From Aplysia californica (lineage: Eukaryota): a stretch of 64,000 bases of DNA. The notes beneath the pieces are model-generated. The model made no database searches. It had not been told where the DNA came from and saw only the letters and a program-made list of their open reading frames with translations. Shown piece after piece: positions 61,401 to 64,000 of the stretch (position 1 is its first letter; every line of letters starts with the position of its first letter). The DNA lies in contig NW_004797484.1 of assembly GCF_000002075.1 (NCBI RefSeq), positions 235,069 to 299,068 of the forward strand, in the 5' to 3' direction. A program made the position numbers and the translations under genes.

Positions 61401-62901
61401 TGGACAATGTTACCAGAAAGGGTAGGGAGGTTCTCATTTGCAAATTGTTGGCGGCGTCAACGCTCGGTGTTTTTGTCGAAATAGCGATAAAGTACTGATT
61501 TGTAATGATCTCAGTCTTGAAAAAAATTAGGCTCCATATATTTGTTATAGTGATTATACTCTGTTAATGTGGAGATGTTTAGTGCTCTTGATACTCTTTT
61601 ATTGTCTGTCAAACATGGGGTTGCAGCCAGTGACTGACTTTAACAAATTTGATCAAATTTTAAACAACTACCATTTTCTTAAAAATTGACGGAGAGGTTA
61701 AAGAATGGTACCAAAATGTTCAGTGGATATAGGCCTTTCAAATGGAACTGATAAATTTGGCATACAACTACTTTGAAAATTTAGTTTCTGGTACCTACAT
61801 TGTTATTCCCTTTGTGCTGTGCATCTTACTGTGTTAACAGCATCCCGCAGCGACCAGCGGAAGTGGAATAACAGCTACTTTCTTCTTTGTTTTATGCGGA
61901 AGATGTGGGTTCAATTCCCATATATGGGGAAGATTTTTATCGAGTTTCTCATTACTGTTCGCTGTTATAATCACTCTCAGCCCAAGTTGGACGTGACATG
62001 CAGGTTCAAGCATCCTTCCTCTTAAAAAGTAAATGATTTAAATTAGGGGGGAGGGGGCCCAATTGTCCATTTTTAAATGAGACCCATCACCGGTCCTCAT
62101 TCCCCAGATGGTAGGCATAAATACAGTACAATAACAATACCACACTGGGGCAGACTAGAAGACTGATTTGTTACATTTTGGAAGGAAGTTAATGTTTCTG
62201 CCGTTGTTGAGCAGAATATTGTCAGTTCCTCCCTTTCTTTAACGTTTCACTGTGTGAACAAGTGACTATGATGATGTGTCATTTGGCCAATATCTGCTGC
62301 TCATGACATCGTTCTGTGAGTTTGTGCGTGTGTGTGTGTTTGACTGTGTGATATTAATGTACATGCGTCAAAGATCACTGTCAGAACTGTCAACCTTTTT
62401 CATGTTTATCGCCGTTTGAGAATAATAAAAACGCTGAAATAATCATTATTTGAAGATACCCTTTCTCCTCTTAGTAATTGAGTTTTAATTTTGTGCTCCT
62501 GAAAAGGCTTTTGCTGTGTCGAATGTGTTATCGTGTTGTCCCCTTGGCTCCTGTAGTTTAACTATACACACATGTGGTTTAACTATGCACACCCACCTCA
62601 TGTAGCGATTCAACTTGCACTGGCTCGTCGCAACTCTCTGCTCTGTGCCTCGACCGCTACTCACGCAGTCTTCAAAAGTCTGTGGGGTAAGCATCTTACA
62701 ACTACACCACAGACCTCACTGTCCAGTGGAAATTCGCTATGCATTATCATTGTCATTATTCTGCATTCTGAATCAAAAATGGAAATAAACTGTACACATG
62801 AAAAAATAACAAATGGCAAAAATTGTTTACAAGTCAAACAGTCACATGTAAAACACAGTAATTTTATTTACTAGTGACAAAAGAAATGCAATGCAACAAT
62901 T

Positions 62902-63036
62902 TTATTTAATAGCAAGCATGGCTCGCTTTTTCTTCTTTCGTTTACTCGTGGCATCGGCAAACAGCGTCACGCTCTTCGACTCCTCTAGTTGCTTCTTCAG
63001 GAAGGACAAACCCGCGAGGTTGAAGGCCGTCACATC
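62902..63036 (-). CDS. WDR3: terminal coding exon of WDR3/UTP12 (SSU processome); gene continues beyond window end
   Basis: ccccag acceptor then DVTAFNLAGLSFLKKQLEESKSVTLFADATSKRKKKKRAMLAIK*, matching the recalled WDR3 C-terminus pattern DV.GFN.AGL.YLK....K..V.FFADAT plus basic tail. Confidence 0.8.
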   Translation of the reverse strand, partial: DVTAFNLAGLSFLKKQLEESKSVTLFADATSKRKKKKRAMLAIK

Positions 63037-63088
63037 CTGGGGGGGGGAAGGAACAAGTGAAAAGATGAGGTGAATTCTTTGATTCCTG

Positions 63089-63179
63089 CAGGTACATGTC
63101 TGCATACAGGTACATGTCTGCATGCAGGTACATGTCTGCATGCAGGTACATGTCTGCATACAGGTACATGTCTGCATAC
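63089..63179. repeat. 18-bp minisatellite x5
   Basis: caggtacatgtctgcatr. Confidence 0.9.
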
Positions 63180-63299
63180 ACTCCCACAAAGAGATAACAT
63201 TTCATTGGTCTCCACTCACGAAAAATATTCTGTGGCATGGTAAATTCACATACGCACATGTCACAACATGATAAACAATCACCATGAACGGAAAGGATG

Positions 63300-63468
63300 T
63301 GGGTGGTTGGCAGGAGCTCTGGAGCGAGTTGCTTCTTCTTTGCGACCACACACCTATCATCCTTATTGCTCCTGTATTCCCTGTAGGTTAATCTCTAGCA
63401 ACACCACTAATCTTTCACACTTATACGACCTAACAAGTGCTGTAAAGCTTATCAAAACGAAAACTAAA
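63300..63468 (+). mobile_element. retroposon R diverged copy in WDR3 intron
   Basis: head and tail similarity. Confidence 0.65.
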
Positions 63469-64000
63469 ATGAAAGAGCTTACCAAGACTCAAGAGCGAAA
63501 AGTTCCCAGGAAAGACAGCTTATGCAACAAAATTTCACTTTAACTGAACTGAAATATAACCAGTTTCACTATACCCGGTACAAACACATTCGTGTACACA
63601 AAAAAATCCTATTCTTTCTCCCATTCACTTTTGCTCCTACGTACATTGTACGACAGAACTGAACGATGTTCTGTTCCATTTTAGGAGGTCACAAATATAT
63701 CTGGTTTGGCACTAGACACCTCGCCTGACAATTTATGTACAGTATAAGTTATTTGGACACAGGTTTCTAAAACTTTTTTATTGTGAACTCTCTTGAAGCT
63801 CCCTACAGACTTCTATACCTATCATAAAACTAGAGCCCTGGACCCCTACAACATGATGTAGATCCTATCCGTACGTCATGTTTTACTATCATATCCATAC
63901 GACGTGGGGAACTCTGTGCCACCACTTTCCAAAGAAGAAATTCACTCATTAATCTGATCTGTACGCTTTGCATAGCAGTCTATCAAAATGATTTTTTGAG

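Overview
Repeat-rich metazoan (invertebrate, probably lophotrochozoan/mollusc-like) genomic DNA with many N blocks next to microsatellites. Reconstructed by hand: (1) a complete 21-coding-exon USP16/USP45-family deubiquitinase on + (29624-48963, about 1143 aa, ZnF-UBP plus Cys/His/Asp triad), with one GC-AG intron; (2) a two-exon, 110-aa glutaredoxin-fold gene on - (23281-25334), divergent from the USP gene, whose active site is SPEC rather than CPYC; (3) the last coding exon of WDR3/UTP12 on - (62902-63036); (4) a probable decayed PAN-like/EGF gene at 13.5-14.9 kb inside a region with an old ~14 kb-offset duplication. Mobile DNA: two decayed piggyBac elements (one with an in-frame-removable GT-AG intron in its transposase), a Harbinger remnant, a Gypsy integrase-tail fragment, RTE and I-clade LINE fragments, two tRNA-headed SINE families with swapped modules, a ~190-bp retroposon that often sits just upstream of USP acceptors, TA-flanked MITEs and hAT MITEs. 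No prokaryotic-type systems (CRISPR, operons) are present. All family assignments rest on motif recognition; no searches were run.
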